From Rhodocyclaceae bacterium (GTDB taxonomy: Bacteria > Pseudomonadota > Gammaproteobacteria > Burkholderiales > Rhodocyclaceae): a stretch of 64,000 nt of DNA. Below the pieces are notes generated by a model. The model made no database searches. It was not told the DNA's origin and was given only the letters and a program-made list of their open reading frames with translations. Where the stretch lies: the NCBI GenBank assembly GCA_044359525.1, contig JBIKLY010000006.1:370-64369 (forward strand), given 5' to 3'. Within the stretch, counting starts at the first letter, position 1. Each line of letters starts with the position of its first letter. The translations under genes and the position numbers were made by a program. Below are positions 11,404 to 22,922 of the stretch, piece after piece.

Positions 11404-12171
11404 TCAGTGCCGGCCACCCAGACCGAGATAGCTTTCAATCACACGCGGGTCATTGGCCAGCTCGCTGCTCGGGCCTTCCAGTGACACTTCACCGGTCTCC
11501 AGCACGTAGCCATAGTCGGCTACCTGTAGCGCCACACGGGCATTCTGTTCGACCAGCAAGATCGATACACCCGTCTTTTTCAGCTCGGCGACGATGCGGA
11601 AAATTTCCTTGATGATCAAGGGTGCAAGCCCGAGACTGGGTTCATCGAGCATCAGCAGTTTGGGTTTGGCCATCAAGGCACGACCCATCGCCAGCATCTG
11701 CCGCTCACCGCCGGAAAGCGTTCCGGCCAGCTGCTCGCGACGCTCGCGCAGGCGCGGGAAGATGTCGAAAACCTGATCCATCGTTTCCAGTTCGTCGCGA
11801 TGGCCGACGCGATAGCGATCAAAAGCGCCGAGCAGTAGGTTGTCGCTCACACTCATCTCGCCAAACAACTCACGCTTTTCGGGAACCAGGGTAATACCCT
11901 GACGTACCAGCTTTTCGACCTGACGCCCGGCACCTTGTCGTTCGCCGAGGTAGGCGATCTCGCCGCGCGCCGGCAACAAGCCCATCAAGGCACAAAGCAA
12001 GGTGGTTTTCCCGGCGCCATTGGGGCCGATCACGGTAACGATTTCGCCCTTGCTGATTTTCAGGTTGATGTGATGCAGCGCTTCAACCTTGCCGTAGCTC
12101 ACCGACAGGTCACGCACTTCCAGCAGCACCGGCTTTTTCTCGACCTCGTTGAGGCTGCTCATCACGTTCAT
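11404..12171 (-). CDS. livF: Branched-chain amino acid (HAAT family) ABC transporter ATP-binding protein, LivF-like
   Basis: Walker A GPNGAGKTT, signature LSGGERQML and Walker B LLMLDEPS. It overlaps the upstream fused permease/ATPase gene by 4 nt. Confidence 0.9.
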   Translation of the reverse strand: MNVMSSLNEVEKKPVLLEVRDLSVSYGKVEALHHINLKISKGEIVTVIGPNGAGKTTLLCALMGLLPARGEIAYLGERQGAGRQVEKLVRQGITLVPEKRELFGEMSVSDNLLLGAFDRYRVGHRDELETMDQVFDIFPRLRERREQLAGTLSGGERQMLAMGRALMAKPKLLMLDEPSLGLAPLIIKEIFRIVAELKKTGVSILLVEQNARVALQVADYGYVLETGEVSLEGPSSELANDPRVIESYLGLGGRH

Positions 12172-13928
12172 TCGACGCCTCCGAGGTAGGCTTCGAGCAC
12201 CGCCGGGTTGCGCTGTACTTCTTCGGGCAGGCCCTCGGCCAGCTTCTGGCCAAACTCCATGACGACCACGCGGTCGGCCACGCCCATCACGAAATCCATG
12301 TCGTGCTCGACCAGCAGGATACCCATACCTTCACCACGCAAGCGGCGCAACAGGTCAGCGAGCGCCTGCTTTTCGAGGTAACGCAAGCCGGCAGCCGGCT
12401 CATCGAGGAGCAGCAGACAGGGGTCGGCGGCCAACGCGCGGGCGATTTCGACAATGCGTTGCTTGCCCAGCGGCAGGCTATTGGCCGTGTCGTACATGTG
12501 TTCGGCAAGGCCACAGCGCTCAATCTGCAGAGCCGCTTCGTGCAGCAGGCGGGCTTCTTCGCCGCGATCGGCGCGGCAGGCGGCGTGGATGACGTTCTTG
12601 CGACCGCGCAGGTGTGCGCCGATAGCGACGTTTTCAAGAACGCTCATGGTCGGCAGCAGGCGTACGTGCTGGAAGCTGCGGCTCATGCCGCGCCGGGCGA
12701 TCTCGCGCGCGGCAAGGGACTCGATGCGCTCGCCGCAAAAGCTGATTTCGCCGGAAGTCACCGGATCGACGCCCGAGATGCCGTTAAACATGGTGCTCTT
12801 GCCGGCGCCGTTCGGCCCGATCAGCGCCATGATTTCAGCCGCGCGTACGCTGAAATTCATCTTGTTGTTGGCAACCAGCCCACCGAAGCATTTGCTCGCG
12901 TCTTTTATCTCCAATAGGACGCTGCCGGCGAGCGGAATGGCGCGACGCGGCAGCGCTTCGGCCTTGTCCACGCGGGGGCGATCGACGCGTTCGGGGAAGA
13001 AACACAGGATGATCGGCCACACGCCGTCGCGCGCGCGGTGCAGCACAAAGATCATCAGCAGGCCGAAAACGATCATCTCGAAATTGCCGCTCTGGCCCAA
13101 TAACTGCGGCAGCCAGTCCTGCAGCCATTGCTTGAGGATGGTGATCAAACCGGCGCCGAGCAGCGCGCCCCAGACATGACCAACGCCGCCGACGACGACC
13201 ATGAACAGGTATTCGATGCCCTGCGTCAGCGAGAACGGTGTCGGATTCACAAAGCGCTGCAGATGCGCGTAAAGCCAGCCCGAAAGGCAGGCGTAGAGTG
13301 CGGCGATGGTGAAAATCACGATCTTCGAGCGCGGCGTATTGACGCCCATTGCTTCGGCCATCAGCGAACCGCCCTTGAGCGCCCGAATGGCGCGCCCCTC
13401 GCGTGAATCAAGCAGGTTGCGCGTGGCGACGACGATGAGCAGCAACATCGCCCAGATCAGGTAATAAAACTCGCGACCGGACTTGATTTCGAAACCTGCG
13501 AGCTGCAGTGCCGGTATCCCGGAAATTCCGGTATGTCCGCCGAGAAAGTCTAGATTTCCGAACAGGTAATAGAGGCTGATCCCCCAGGCGATGGTGCCAA
13601 GCGGGAGAAAATGGCCGGAGAGACGCAGCGTAATCACACCGATCGAATACGCAACGACAGCGGTAACGGCCAGACCTGTGGGCAAGGTGAGCCACGGCGA
13701 AACACCGTGAACGGTGGTCAGATAGGCCGTTGTATAAGCGCCCAGACCGACAAAAGCGGCTTGTCCGAAAGAAGTCAGCCCACCAACGCCGGTGAGCAAT
13801 ACGAGGCCGAGGGCGACGATGGCATACAGACCGATGTAGTTGAGCAGGGTGACATAAAACTCGGGCAAAACCAGCGGCCCGAGGAGTAGCGCAGCGACGA
13901 AGATGAATGGTGCTTTCCGGTTTTTCAT
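12168..13928 (-). CDS. Fused LivM-like permease / LivG-like ATPase of the HAAT ABC transporter
   Basis: 586 aa. The N-terminal ~320 aa are multi-pass hydrophobic. The C-terminal half carries GPNGAGKST, a LivG-type signature region and [11 protein letters not shown]. Confidence 0.9.
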   Translation of the reverse strand: MKNRKAPFIFVAALLLGPLVLPEFYVTLLNYIGLYAIVALGLVLLTGVGGLTSFGQAAFVGLGAYTTAYLTTVHGVSPWLTLPTGLAVTAVVAYSIGVITLRLSGHFLPLGTIAWGISLYYLFGNLDFLGGHTGISGIPALQLAGFEIKSGREFYYLIWAMLLLIVVATRNLLDSREGRAIRALKGGSLMAEAMGVNTPRSKIVIFTIAALYACLSGWLYAHLQRFVNPTPFSLTQGIEYLFMVVVGGVGHVWGALLGAGLITILKQWLQDWLPQLLGQSGNFEMIVFGLLMIFVLHRARDGVWPIILCFFPERVDRPRVDKAEALPRRAIPLAGSVLLEIKDASKCFGGLVANNKMNFSVRAAEIMALIGPNGAGKSTMFNGISGVDPVTSGEISFCGERIESLAAREIARRGMSRSFQHVRLLPTMSVLENVAIGAHLRGRKNVIHAACRADRGEEARLLHEAALQIERCGLAEHMYDTANSLPLGKQRIVEIARALAADPCLLLLDEPAAGLRYLEKQALADLLRRLRGEGMGILLVEHDMDFVMGVADRVVVMEFGQKLAEGLPEEVQRNPAVLEAYLGGVE

Positions 13929-13931
13929 CGC

Positions 13932-14969
13932 CTACTCGTCTTCCTCAACGTGACGCGTGCCCAGCGAACGCCATAGTAGTACCGGAATGATCAGGGTGAA
14001 GACGATCACCTCCTTGAAAGCGCTGGCCCAGAAAGATGAGTAGGATTCAAGCAGGCCGACCAGGATGGCGCCGACGGCCGCCACCGGATAACTCGCCAGA
14101 CCGCCGATGATGGCGCCAACAAAGCCTTTCAAGCCGATCAAAAAACCCGAGTCGTAATAGATGGTGGTGATCGGTGAAATCAGCACGCCGGAAAAAGCAC
14201 CGATCAGCGCGGCCAGCGTGAAGGAAAGCCGACCGGCCATACTCGCCGAGATACCCATTAAACGGGCGCCGGTTCTGTTCATGGCGGTGGCTCGAAGCGC
14301 CTTACCGTAAATCGTTCGTTCAAAGAAAAAGTACAGCGCGACAATCAGAACGAGACTGGAGACGACGACCAGAACGGTTTGCCCCTGCAGTAAGGCGTCG
14401 CCAATCTCGAAACTGGTATCGGTGAAAGCCGGCGTTCGTGAGCCTTCGGCGCCGAAGAAAAACAAGCCCAAACCGACCAGCGTGACATGCACCGCCACCG
14501 AGACGATCAACAGCACCAGCACCGACGCTTCGGCGATCGGCTGATAGGCAAGCCGGTAAATCATCGGGCCGAGCGGTACAACCAGCATGAAAGTGAGGAC
14601 AACCTGCACCGGCAGGGACAAGGTCGCGGGTGAGACAACAAACAGCGCACCGGCAAAGATCAGCGGAATGACGCAATTCAGCAGAATACCCGGGAGTATC
14701 CGGCCAAATTGGCGCTCACGAAGCGCCCTTGATACTTCGATGACGGTAATCGCGACGCCCATCGCCAACAACAGCCAGAGCGTTCCGGGGAATTTTCCGG
14801 CCTGCAGACTGGCGAGGGTCAGCGCACCAAATGCGACGAATTCACCTTGCGGGATAAATATTACGCGGGTTACCGCAAAAACCAGGACCAGCGCCAGCGC
14901 CAGCAGCGCATAAACGGCCCCATTGGTGATGCCATCCTGGGCAAGCAGCAATGCAATCTGCAGATCCAT
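13932..14969 (-). CDS. livH: HAAT ABC transporter permease, LivH-like
   Basis: 345-aa polytopic membrane protein in operon position upstream of the LivM/G fusion. LivH-like N-terminus [24 protein letters not shown]. Confidence 0.88.
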   Translation of the reverse strand: MDLQIALLLAQDGITNGAVYALLALALVLVFAVTRVIFIPQGEFVAFGALTLASLQAGKFPGTLWLLLAMGVAITVIEVSRALRERQFGRILPGILLNCVIPLIFAGALFVVSPATLSLPVQVVLTFMLVVPLGPMIYRLAYQPIAEASVLVLLIVSVAVHVTLVGLGLFFFGAEGSRTPAFTDTSFEIGDALLQGQTVLVVVSSLVLIVALYFFFERTIYGKALRATAMNRTGARLMGISASMAGRLSFTLAALIGAFSGVLISPITTIYYDSGFLIGLKGFVGAIIGGLASYPVAAVGAILVGLLESYSSFWASAFKEVIVFTLIIPVLLWRSLGTRHVEEDE

Positions 14970-15154
14970 GAAACGCGGTTCCAGTCGATGCCCGACCGAA
15001 CGCCGCGCTTGCGCGGGCGATCAGGGCTTGCGGAGATAGCAGGGCGACGGCCGGGAACAGCCAATCCGGTCCCGACACGCCGGTAAAGCGGGGATGATAC
15101 CAAAGCTGCCCCCTTGAGTGCCTGAATGCGGCAGACACTCAAGGTGGCAAGGTT

Positions 15155-16309
15155 TTACTTCGCAAGCTTCCAGGCACCGCCTTCAATCTTCACCATGACG
15201 CGTGCGCGCTGGTCGAAACCCAGGTGATCCTGTGCGCTGAGATTGAAGACGCCATGCGTTGCCGTCAGGTCCTTCGTGCTCTCGAGCGCATCACGCAAGG
15301 CCTTGCGGAACTCGGGCGTACCCGGTGCAGCCTTTTTCAGCGCTTCGGGAAGCGCGCTCAACAGCAGCTTGCTGGCGTCCCAGGCGTGCGCACCAAAAGT
15401 GGATACACTTCCCTTCCCGTGCGCCGCCTCGTACTTTGCCACGTAATCCAGCGCAACCTTCTTGATCGGATTGCTGTCGGGCAGTTGCGCCGCCACCAGC
15501 ACCGCGCCCGCAGGCAGGAAGGTACCTTCGCAGTCCTTGCCGCAAACGCGCAGAAAGTCGGCATTTGCCACACCATGCGTCTGATACATGATGCCCTTGT
15601 AGCCTTTTTCCTTGAGTGATTTCTGCGGCAAGGCAGCAGGGGTTCCGGCGCCGCCAACCAACACGGCGTCAGGCTTGGCGGCGAGGATTTTCAGAACCTG
15701 TCCGGTCACCGACGTATCCGCGCGGTTAAAACGCTCATTACCGACGATCCTGATCTTGCGTACTTCGGCAATTTTGGCGAACTCATTCCACCAACCTTCA
15801 CCATAGGCATCGGCAAAGCCGATGTAGGCGACGGTTTTGATGTTGTTATTGGTCATGTGTTCGACAATCGCCGTCGCCATTTGAGCGTCATTCTGCGGCG
15901 TCTTGAAGACCCAGGCGCGCTTGGCATCCATCGGCTCGATAATACGCGCCGATGCTGCCATGGCGATCATCGGCGTTTCCCCTTCGGCAGCAATGTCGAT
16001 CATCGCCAGCGAATTCGGCGTAATCGTCGAACCAATAATCACGTCAACCTTGTTCTCGGCGATCAGTTTTTTGGTGTTCTTGACGGCAGTGGTTGTATCG
16101 GACGCATCATCAAGAACAATGTAGTTGATCTTCTGGCCAGCAACCGTCGTTGGCATCAGCGCAAAAGTATTTTTCTCCGGAATGCCCAGAGACGCCGCCG
16201 GGCCGGTTGCGGATAGCGTCACGCCAACATTGATATCGGCATGGACCGCAGCGGTATTGCCAACAGCCGCTACCGTGAATAGCATGGCGACCAGTTTTTT
16301 GATTGTCAT
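15155..16309 (-). CDS. ABC transporter periplasmic substrate-binding protein (LivJ/K-type, Peripla_BP_6-like)
   Basis: 384 aa with a signal peptide (MTIKKLVAMLFTVAAVGNTAAVHA). It is the first gene of the liv-like operon and has a GVTLSATGPAASLG start typical of this family. Confidence 0.88.
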   Translation of the reverse strand: MTIKKLVAMLFTVAAVGNTAAVHADINVGVTLSATGPAASLGIPEKNTFALMPTTVAGQKINYIVLDDASDTTTAVKNTKKLIAENKVDVIIGSTITPNSLAMIDIAAEGETPMIAMAASARIIEPMDAKRAWVFKTPQNDAQMATAIVEHMTNNNIKTVAYIGFADAYGEGWWNEFAKIAEVRKIRIVGNERFNRADTSVTGQVLKILAAKPDAVLVGGAGTPAALPQKSLKEKGYKGIMYQTHGVANADFLRVCGKDCEGTFLPAGAVLVAAQLPDSNPIKKVALDYVAKYEAAHGKGSVSTFGAHAWDASKLLLSALPEALKKAAPGTPEFRKALRDALESTKDLTATHGVFNLSAQDHLGFDQRARVMVKIEGGAWKLAK

Positions 16310-16401
16310 ATCGTCTCCCTCCTGTTTTTTGGTTTAATGACGCCATCAGTCGTTCCGGTGGCGAGGGCTCATTGTGCGGTTACTCGGTCCGCAAGACAAG
16401 A

Positions 16402-17166
16402 TCAAATGAACGTGTCGTAGGCGAACCTGAGAATCAGTGCGCTCACTACGAGCAAAAAAATCTGTCGGACAAACCCGCTCCCGTAACGCAAAGCAAGCTG
16501 ACTGCCGGCCAGCGAGCCAAGAACGTTGAAAACCGCCATCAGCACCGCAATTGCCGGAAGCAGATAGCCGTTCGGGACAAAATAGGCGAGTGCCGCGAGA
16601 TTGGTTGCCACATTGACGACTTTAGCGGCGGCTGAGGCGTGCAAAAAGTCAAAACCAAAAAAACGGATGAACAGAAAGATCAGGAAGCTGCCTGTTCCCG
16701 GACCGAAGAATCCGTCATAGAAGCCAATGATTCCGCCAGCAATCAACGCATAGGAAAACTCGATACGGCCGGCATGCTGTGGCCGATGTACAGCACCAAA
16801 ATCCTTGTACCGGAAAGTGTAAGCCGCAGCACCAACGAGCAAAATCAGTATCATCGGCCGCAGCACTTCACGCGGTAGCCAGGCAACTGCCATCGCCCCG
16901 AGGTATGAGAAGACAAACGCGGCCATTGCGGCTGGCAAGGTCGTGCGCCACGGCATGCGGACGCGCGACGCATAGCGCCAGGCGGCATTGCTTGTACCGA
17001 AAACACTCGAAAATTTATTGGTGCCGAAGAGGCTTGCCGGCGATTCTCCGGGCAGAGCAGTGAATAATGCCGGGATCTGGATCAAGCCACCTCCCCCGAC
17101 AACTGCGTCGATCAGGCCGGCAGCAAGCGCCGCCAGAGCCAGACTTACGAGAACAGCACTATCCAC
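16402..17166 (-). CDS. TauE/SafE family sulfite-exporter-like membrane protein (DUF81)
   Basis: 254 aa, polytopic. The GLIDAVVGGGGLIQIPAL motif is characteristic of TauE/SafE. Confidence 0.8.
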   Translation of the reverse strand: MDSAVLVSLALAALAAGLIDAVVGGGGLIQIPALFTALPGESPASLFGTNKFSSVFGTSNAAWRYASRVRMPWRTTLPAAMAAFVFSYLGAMAVAWLPREVLRPMILILLVGAAAYTFRYKDFGAVHRPQHAGRIEFSYALIAGGIIGFYDGFFGPGTGSFLIFLFIRFFGFDFLHASAAAKVVNVATNLAALAYFVPNGYLLPAIAVLMAVFNVLGSLAGSQLALRYGSGFVRQIFLLVVSALILRFAYDTFI

Positions 17167-17185
17167 GAGCTTTCATCCGGTACGC

Positions 17186-18613
17186 TTACTTTCCAATACA
17201 GAATCGCCCGAATATTTCACCCAGCAAATCGTCGGCGCTGAATTCACCGGTGATACTGCTGAGCGATTGTTGCGCCAGGCGTAGCTCTTCGGCAAACAGT
17301 TCAAGTTGCGGCAAGCGTTCCTGAGCGCTTTTGATATGTTGTTGCGCTTCGGCAAGCGCGCGCAGATGGCGTTCGCGGGCGATGAATACGTCCTCGGTCG
17401 GCTGCCAGCCGGCGATGCGCAGCAGTTCCTGCCGCAACAAATCAATCCCCTCACCACTTTTTACCGACAGTGAAATGCCTACGCCGTAAGCATCGCTTTC
17501 ATGACGCTCGTCGTGTCGTTCGGCGGCGCGGCCGGCCAGATCGATTTTGTTATAGACGGTGATACGGGCAAGGTGGGGCGGCAATTGCGCGAGAATGGTG
17601 CGTTCGGCTTCACCGCTGCCGGTTCGTGCGTCCACCAGCAACACCAGCACGTCGGCACGCTCGATCTCACGCCAGGTACGTTCGATGCCGATTTTTTCGA
17701 TTTCATCGTTGGTTTCGCGCAAGCCGGCGGTATCGATCACGTGTAGGGGAATGCCTTCAAGTTGCAGGCTGCCGCGCACGATATCGCGCGTTGTCCCGGC
17801 GATCGGCGTAACAATCGCCAGTTCGTCGCCTGCGAGGCGGTTCAGCAGACTCGACTTGCCGACGTTGGGCTGCCCGGCGAGGACGACGTGCAGCCCGCCT
17901 TGCAGCAATTTGCCCTGCCGGGCGCGGTCAAACACGCTGACAAGACGCTGCCGCAGGCGATCAAGACGACCAAAGGCATCGGCCGATTGAAGAAAATCGA
18001 CCTCTTCATCGGGGAAATCAAGCGTCGCTTCAACCAGCGCGCGCAGTTCGATCAATTGTTCGACAAGTGCATGAACTTCTCTGGAAAACTCGCCCTGCAA
18101 GGAGCGCACTGCGCTGCGGACGGCGCTTGCCGTCGAGGCATCGATCAGGTCGATTACCGCCTCGGCCTGCGCCAGATCAAGTTTGCCGTTGAGATAGGCG
18201 CGGCGGGTAAATTCGCCAGGCTCGGCAAGGCGCGCGCCAAGATCCAGGCAGCGTGCCAGCAGCAACAGCATGACGACCGGACCGCCATGGCCCTGCAGCT
18301 CGACAACGTCTTCGCCGGTAAAGGAGTGTGGCGCGGGGAAATGCAGCAGCAGGCCGCTATCGATGACGCTACCGTCTTCGGCGTAAAAATTGACGAGCGC
18401 GGCTTGACGGGCGGCGGGTTGCTTGCCACTCAGCCTGAGGACAAAGGAAGCAAGCGTTTTCCCCGAGATGCGGACAACACCGATGCCGCCACGGCCGGGG
18501 GCCGTGGCGATCGCTGCTATTGTCGTGACGACCGGGCCCGGATCAGGCCTTGGCGTCGTTGGCGGCTTTCCCGCCACGTTCGACCATCCGCGTGATGTGC
18601 CATTGCTGGGCAA
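17186..18613 (-). CDS. mnmE: tRNA modification GTPase MnmE (TrmE)
   Basis: [22 protein letters not shown]-terminus, G-domain motifs [12 protein letters not shown] and DTAGLR, and a C-terminal FCIGK. The only starts upstream of the conserved N-terminus are GTG 18577 and ATG 18613, and both lie inside the yidC 3' end. Confidence 0.93.
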   Translation of the reverse strand: MPSNGTSRGWSNVAGKPPTTPRPDPGPVVTTIAAIATAPGRGGIGVVRISGKTLASFVLRLSGKQPAARQAALVNFYAEDGSVIDSGLLLHFPAPHSFTGEDVVELQGHGGPVVMLLLLARCLDLGARLAEPGEFTRRAYLNGKLDLAQAEAVIDLIDASTASAVRSAVRSLQGEFSREVHALVEQLIELRALVEATLDFPDEEVDFLQSADAFGRLDRLRQRLVSVFDRARQGKLLQGGLHVVLAGQPNVGKSSLLNRLAGDELAIVTPIAGTTRDIVRGSLQLEGIPLHVIDTAGLRETNDEIEKIGIERTWREIERADVLVLLVDARTGSGEAERTILAQLPPHLARITVYNKIDLAGRAAERHDERHESDAYGVGISLSVKSGEGIDLLRQELLRIAGWQPTEDVFIARERHLRALAEAQQHIKSAQERLPQLELFAEELRLAQQSLSSITGEFSADDLLGEIFGRFCIGK

Positions 18614-20267
18614 TGGACAAGGTGTTGTTGACTACCCAGTAAAGTACCAGACCGGCCGGGAAGAAGAAGAACATGCCGCCGAAGATAAAGGGCATGGCTA
18701 TCATCACCTTGGCCTGGATCGGATCAGGTGGCGTCGGATTGAGCTTGGTCTGGATCAGCATGGTAATGACCATCAGTATCGGCAATAGACCAATGGGCAT
18801 GTTGATGCCCGGAATAACGCCCAATAAGGTATCCGGCGCAGACAAGTCGGTAATCCAGAGTATCCACGGCGCATTGCGCATTTCAACCGCACCCAGCAAT
18901 GCCCAGTAGAGCGCGATGAAAACCGGAATCTGCACCAGAATCGGCAGACAGCCGCCCAGCGGATTGATTTTTTCGCGTTTGTAGAGCTCCATCATTTCCT
19001 GATTGAGTTTTACCCGGTCGCTGCCATGACGCTCCTTCAGGGCGACCAGAAGCGGCGTCACCGTGCGCATCTTGGCCATCGACTTGTAACTGGCCGCCGA
19101 CAAGGGATAGAAGACCGCCTTGATGCCGATGGTTAACAGGACAATCGACCAGCCCCAGTTGCCAACCAGCTTGTGAATCGCATCCAGACACCAGAATATT
19201 GGTGCGGCGACGATGGTTAGCCAGCCATAGTCGACTACCAATGGCAGTCCCTGCGCGTCGACTCCGCCTTCTGCTGCCGGCTTGGCGAGCTGGTCCAGAA
19301 TTGACTGGATTTGCGGGCCAGCATAAAGCGGCATCGACAGTGTTGTTTTTGCTCCGGGAGCGACTGCGCTTACCGGCACGATAACGCCGGCATTGTAGGC
19401 CACTGGCGTACTGCCTTCGACCTTGCGCATATAGTATTCACGCGGTGTTTTTGCTGCAGGAAGCCAGGCCGCAACAAAATAGTGCTGCACCATGGCCAGC
19501 CAGCCGTTGTCAGCTTTGGTTGCGAACTTCGCTTTGCCCTTCTCCAGATCGGCAAAGTCGACCTTCTGGTATTTCTCCTGTTCGGTGTAAACCGACGGGC
19601 CGGTGAAAGTAGCAACCATCATGCTTTCACCGGCAGGTGCCAAAGCATCCCGCTGCAACTGGAAGTACGCGTACGGAGCAAGCTCCTTCTGGCTGCCGTT
19701 GTGTATCTCATAAGCAACGTCAATCAGATAGCTGCCGCGCGTGAATGTAAAAATCTTTGCGACTTTCACGCCATCGGCGTTTGTAGCTTCAAGCCGCAGC
19801 TGTAGCGTCTTGGCATCGGCGGCAAGTTCACGATTTCCCGGAACAACCGAAAATAGTGTTTTGTGATTCGGCAGGGTGTCACCAATCAGGCCGCTTTGCG
19901 CACGATATTGATGTTTCGCTTCAAACAACGCGAGTTTCTTGTCCTTTTCTTCAATTGCATTGTAGCGATTGAGATCTAGATGGACGATGTCACCACCCAG
20001 CGTCGACACATCAGCCGACAAAAGATCGGTCTTGATGTTGACGGTTTCTGCCTTTGCCGGTGCAGTGGCAGTGGCAGTGGCAGCGACCGGCACGCCACCG
20101 TTAGCCGCCTGCAAATTGACCGAGGGTCGAGGCGTAGTTCCGTCGGCTTGCGCAGCGGTCGTCAGCGGGGGGGGTAACTTCGGATTGTTATATTGCTGCC
20201 AGGCGTCCCAGAGCATGACCAGGGAAAACGAAAATACAAGCAACAGGATAAGGCGTCGGTTGTCCAT
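18543..20267 (-). CDS. yidC: Membrane protein insertase YidC
   Basis: The ORF runs to 20282 (TTG). ATG 20267 ([14 protein letters not shown]) is preferred. It has a large periplasmic domain and a conserved C-terminal insertase core ([17 protein letters not shown]). Confidence 0.95.
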   Translation of the reverse strand: MDNRRLILLLVFSFSLVMLWDAWQQYNNPKLPPPLTTAAQADGTTPRPSVNLQAANGGVPVAATATATAPAKAETVNIKTDLLSADVSTLGGDIVHLDLNRYNAIEEKDKKLALFEAKHQYRAQSGLIGDTLPNHKTLFSVVPGNRELAADAKTLQLRLEATNADGVKVAKIFTFTRGSYLIDVAYEIHNGSQKELAPYAYFQLQRDALAPAGESMMVATFTGPSVYTEQEKYQKVDFADLEKGKAKFATKADNGWLAMVQHYFVAAWLPAAKTPREYYMRKVEGSTPVAYNAGVIVPVSAVAPGAKTTLSMPLYAGPQIQSILDQLAKPAAEGGVDAQGLPLVVDYGWLTIVAAPIFWCLDAIHKLVGNWGWSIVLLTIGIKAVFYPLSAASYKSMAKMRTVTPLLVALKERHGSDRVKLNQEMMELYKREKINPLGGCLPILVQIPVFIALYWALLGAVEMRNAPWILWITDLSAPDTLLGVIPGINMPIGLLPILMVITMLIQTKLNPTPPDPIQAKVMIAMPFIFGGMFFFFPAGLVLYWVVNNTLSIAQQWHITRMVERGGKAANDAKA

Positions 20268-20289
20268 GAACGGCCTATGCAATTAAATT

Positions 20290-20499
20290 TCAGGGTACGG
20301 GGTCAAAACCACCGGGATTCCAAGGGTGGCAACGGGAAATGCGTTTAAGGCCGAGACGCGTGCCTTTCAGAGCACCGTGTTTTTCCAGGGCCTCGGCAGT
20401 GTATTCCGAACAACTGGGAAAAAATCGGCAGCGGCGCCCAAGCAGCGGGCTGATCGTGTATTGATAGATGCGGATCAATGCTAGCAACAACAGTTTCAT
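20290..20499 (-). CDS. yidD: Membrane protein insertion efficiency factor YidD
   Basis: 69 aa from ATG 20499: [42 protein letters not shown]... is the YidD signature. The longer ORF to 20715 overlaps rnpA and is rejected. Confidence 0.9.
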   Translation of the reverse strand: MKLLLLALIRIYQYTISPLLGRRCRFFPSCSEYTAEALEKHGALKGTRLGLKRISRCHPWNPGGFDPVP

Positions 20500-20503
20500 C
20501 GGC

Positions 20504-20899
20504 TCATCGTTCAGGTGAAATCGTTTTACCCAGCAAACCCTTGATTTCTTCAGCCAGAGCTCGCCGGTCGAGCAGTTTAGGCTTGTTCGCCAGGCGCAGA
20601 ATAAAGTCACGCGATGGCAGACGGCCGCGCAGCAAGCGAAAATTCTCTCTGGCCAGTCTTTTGACCAGATTCCGGTCAACTGAACGACGCAACAATCGCT
20701 TCGCGACAACCACACCCAGACGAGCGCCTGCCACTTCCTCAGCCGTCCGAAGGCGGTAATGTAACAGGAAATGGAGACTCTTCAGCGCCCTCCTGAAACC
20801 AAAAACGGATGAAAATTCATCCGTTTTTGTCAGGCGATAACACTTGGGAAACGCTGCGGCCGAAACCTCACATTCACCCACAGGCAAATGGTCGTTCAA
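20504..20899 (-). CDS. rnpA: Ribonuclease P protein component
   Basis: Basic protein with [17 protein letters not shown] and [10 protein letters not shown] motifs. Its TTG start overlaps the rpmH stop. An internal GTG start is possible. Confidence 0.88.
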   Translation of the reverse strand: MNDHLPVGECEVSAAAFPKCYRLTKTDEFSSVFGFRRALKSLHFLLHYRLRTAEEVAGARLGVVVAKRLLRRSVDRNLVKRLARENFRLLRGRLPSRDFILRLANKPKLLDRRALAEEIKGLLGKTISPER

Positions 20900-21030
20900 A
20901 CAGCCAAACGATGCCGGCCTTTTGCGCGACGAGCGCGAATCACGGCACGGCCACCACGGGTTGCCATACGAACGAGGAAGCCGTGAGTACGCTTGCGGCG
21001 GATAACCGATGGCTGATAAGTGCGTTTCAT
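20896..21030 (-). CDS. rpmH: 50S ribosomal protein L34
   Basis: Absent from the ORF track (44 aa). The reverse strand reads [44 protein letters not shown], ending at a stop codon. Canonical rpmH-rnpA-yidD-yidC order. Confidence 0.95.
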   Translation of the reverse strand: MKRTYQPSVIRRKRTHGFLVRMATRGGRAVIRARRAKGRHRLAV

Positions 21031-21117
21031 GATTAAACCTTTGAAGTCAGTGCGAAGTAAACGCGCAATTAGACAGTGACAGCCTGTTACTTGTCAAGTC
21101 CAAAGTTTTTTCTAACC

Positions 21118-21126
21118 TGTGGATAA
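21118..21126. promoter_or_regulatory. Perfect DnaA box (TGTGGATAA) in the rpmH-dnaA intergenic region
   Basis: Exact 9-mer match to the complement of TTATCCACA, 170 bp upstream of the preferred dnaA ATG. It probably serves dnaA autoregulation. Confidence 0.6.
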
Positions 21127-21295
21127 CTTTCTTTCAACGGGTTAAAATCGACCTCTTGTGCTGTCCGCCGACTACCAAGAACAATACAGGCGACCGCATC
21201 TTTCGCCGTACGTTTCCCCAAGTAGGATCCTTTGCTGTAGACCACAGCAAGTCATGTCGTCAAAAATACAATTCAGGATTTTACAATCGTCATTG

Positions 21296-22711
21296 ATGAG
21301 TAGTTTCTGGACTTCCTGTCTGAGCCAGTTCGAACAAGAACTGCCGCCTCAGCAATTCAACACCTGGATCCGTCCTCTTCGTCTTGAAGGTGAGGAAGAC
21401 GCGGCTAACGGGTTACGTCTGATGGCGCCGAATGGTTTTATCCTGAAGTGGGTGAAGGAACGTTACCTGAGTCGTATTGAGGAATTAAGCAACGCTTATT
21501 TTTCCATACCTGTCAGCATTGTCTTAGGCTTGGGCGAACGCAAGGTGATTCCTGGAAACAATGCTGTGGCGGTTCCTACGTCCGCTCCCGCGTTGAATTC
21601 TACTTCCATTAAAGCAAGCGAACGTAGCGCTTCTACTGAAGCTGTTAGTTCAACGTCTTCGATCACAAGACCTCGCTCAAATTACGAAAAAACCCGACTG
21701 ATTCCCGGGTTCACCTTCGATAACCTGATTGTTGGTAAAGCCAACGATCTTGCGCGTGCAGCATCAACCCAGGTTGCAATAAATCCCGGTGGCTCTGCTT
21801 ACAACCCATTGTTCATTTATGGTGGTGCGGGACTTGGAAAAACTCACCTGATTCATGCGATAGGCAACCATATACTGGATCAGAATCCGGACAAGGTGGT
21901 TCGCTACGTACACGCTGAGGATTACTATTCGGATGTCGTGCGCGCCTATCAGCAGAAAAACTTTGATGTCTTCAAACGTTACTATCGTTCGCTCGACGTG
22001 TTATTGCTTGATGATGTACAGTTTTTTAATGGCAAGAACCGAACGCAAGAAGAGTTTTTCTATGTTTTCAACGCGTTGATCGAAGCAAAAAAACAGATTG
22101 TCATCAGCTGCGATACCTATCCAAAGGATATTTCCGGCCTTGAAGATCGCTTGATCACCCGTTTTGACTGGGGTCTGACGGTTCAGATCGAACCCCCGGA
22201 AATCGAAATGCGAGTCGCCATCCTGAAGAAGAAAGCTGAAGCAGAAGGTGTTGCACTGGACGATGAAGTAGCTTTCTATATCGCCAAACACTTGCGCTCG
22301 AACGTTCGCGAGTTGGAAGGCGCGTTAAAGAAAGTCCTCGCATATTCATCTTTTCACGGTCGTCAAATAGCGCTGGATCTAGCCAAGGAAGCGCTTAAAG
22401 ATCTCATTGGTGCGGTCAATAGACAAATAACCGTTGAAAACATCCAGAAAACAGTAGCCGACTATTTCAAAATAAAAGTGGCAGATCTTTTTTCAAAAAA
22501 AAGAACGCGTGTGATTGCTCGTCCGCGCCAGGCAGCTATGTGGTTAGCCAAAAACCTGACTTCACAAAGCTACCCATCCATTGGTGATGCGTTTGGCGGT
22601 CGTGATCACACGACTGTACTGCACGCCGTTCGTACGATTGATACCCTCCGTGCAAAAGACAATGAACTTAATCACGATCTGCATGTGCTTTTACAGGTAT
22701 TGAAAGGTTAG
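21296..22711 (+). CDS. dnaA: Chromosomal replication initiator protein DnaA
   Basis: ORF 21158..22711. I start it at ATG 21296 ([28 protein letters not shown]). It has Walker [11 protein letters not shown], the [11 protein letters not shown] sensor and the C-terminal DNA-binding helix DHTTVLHA. Confidence 0.96.
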   Translation: MSSFWTSCLSQFEQELPPQQFNTWIRPLRLEGEEDAANGLRLMAPNGFILKWVKERYLSRIEELSNAYFSIPVSIVLGLGERKVIPGNNAVAVPTSAPALNSTSIKASERSASTEAVSSTSSITRPRSNYEKTRLIPGFTFDNLIVGKANDLARAASTQVAINPGGSAYNPLFIYGGAGLGKTHLIHAIGNHILDQNPDKVVRYVHAEDYYSDVVRAYQQKNFDVFKRYYRSLDVLLLDDVQFFNGKNRTQEEFFYVFNALIEAKKQIVISCDTYPKDISGLEDRLITRFDWGLTVQIEPPEIEMRVAILKKKAEAEGVALDDEVAFYIAKHLRSNVRELEGALKKVLAYSSFHGRQIALDLAKEALKDLIGAVNRQITVENIQKTVADYFKIKVADLFSKKRTRVIARPRQAAMWLAKNLTSQSYPSIGDAFGGRDHTTVLHAVRTIDTLRAKDNELNHDLHVLLQVLKG

Positions 22712-22751
22712 AAGGCGTATGTATAACTACCCTTGAATGCTGTTGATAGTT

Positions 22752-22884
22752 AGTGGATAAAGTTTCAATAAACGGCCTGTGGATAAGTTATCCAATTTTA
22801 ACCACAGGTAAATACAGACTTTTTTCAGCCTTTATATACTGCATTAACTAGCTGAAAAATAATATAAAAATACAGATATCCACA
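22752..22884. promoter_or_regulatory. DnaA-box cluster with flanking AT-rich tracts in the dnaA-dnaN gap (candidate oriC)
   Basis: Five boxes: aGTGGATAA at 22752-22760 (1 mismatch), TGTGGATAA at 22778-22786 (perfect), TTATCCAat at 22788-22796 (2 mismatches), TTAaCCACA at 22798-22806 (1 mismatch) and aTATCCACA at 22876-22884 (1 mismatch). An AT-rich run GCTGAAAAATAATATAAAAATACAG lies at 22851-22875. Confidence 0.5.
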
Positions 22885-22922
22885 GAGTTGTCTTTGAGTT
22901 TATCTTTATAGGATTTATATAT

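Noticed and set aside
20290-20715. 141-aa ORF extending yidD upstream
   Set aside because: The extension overlaps rnpA in another frame. The conserved YidD sequence starts at ATG 20499.
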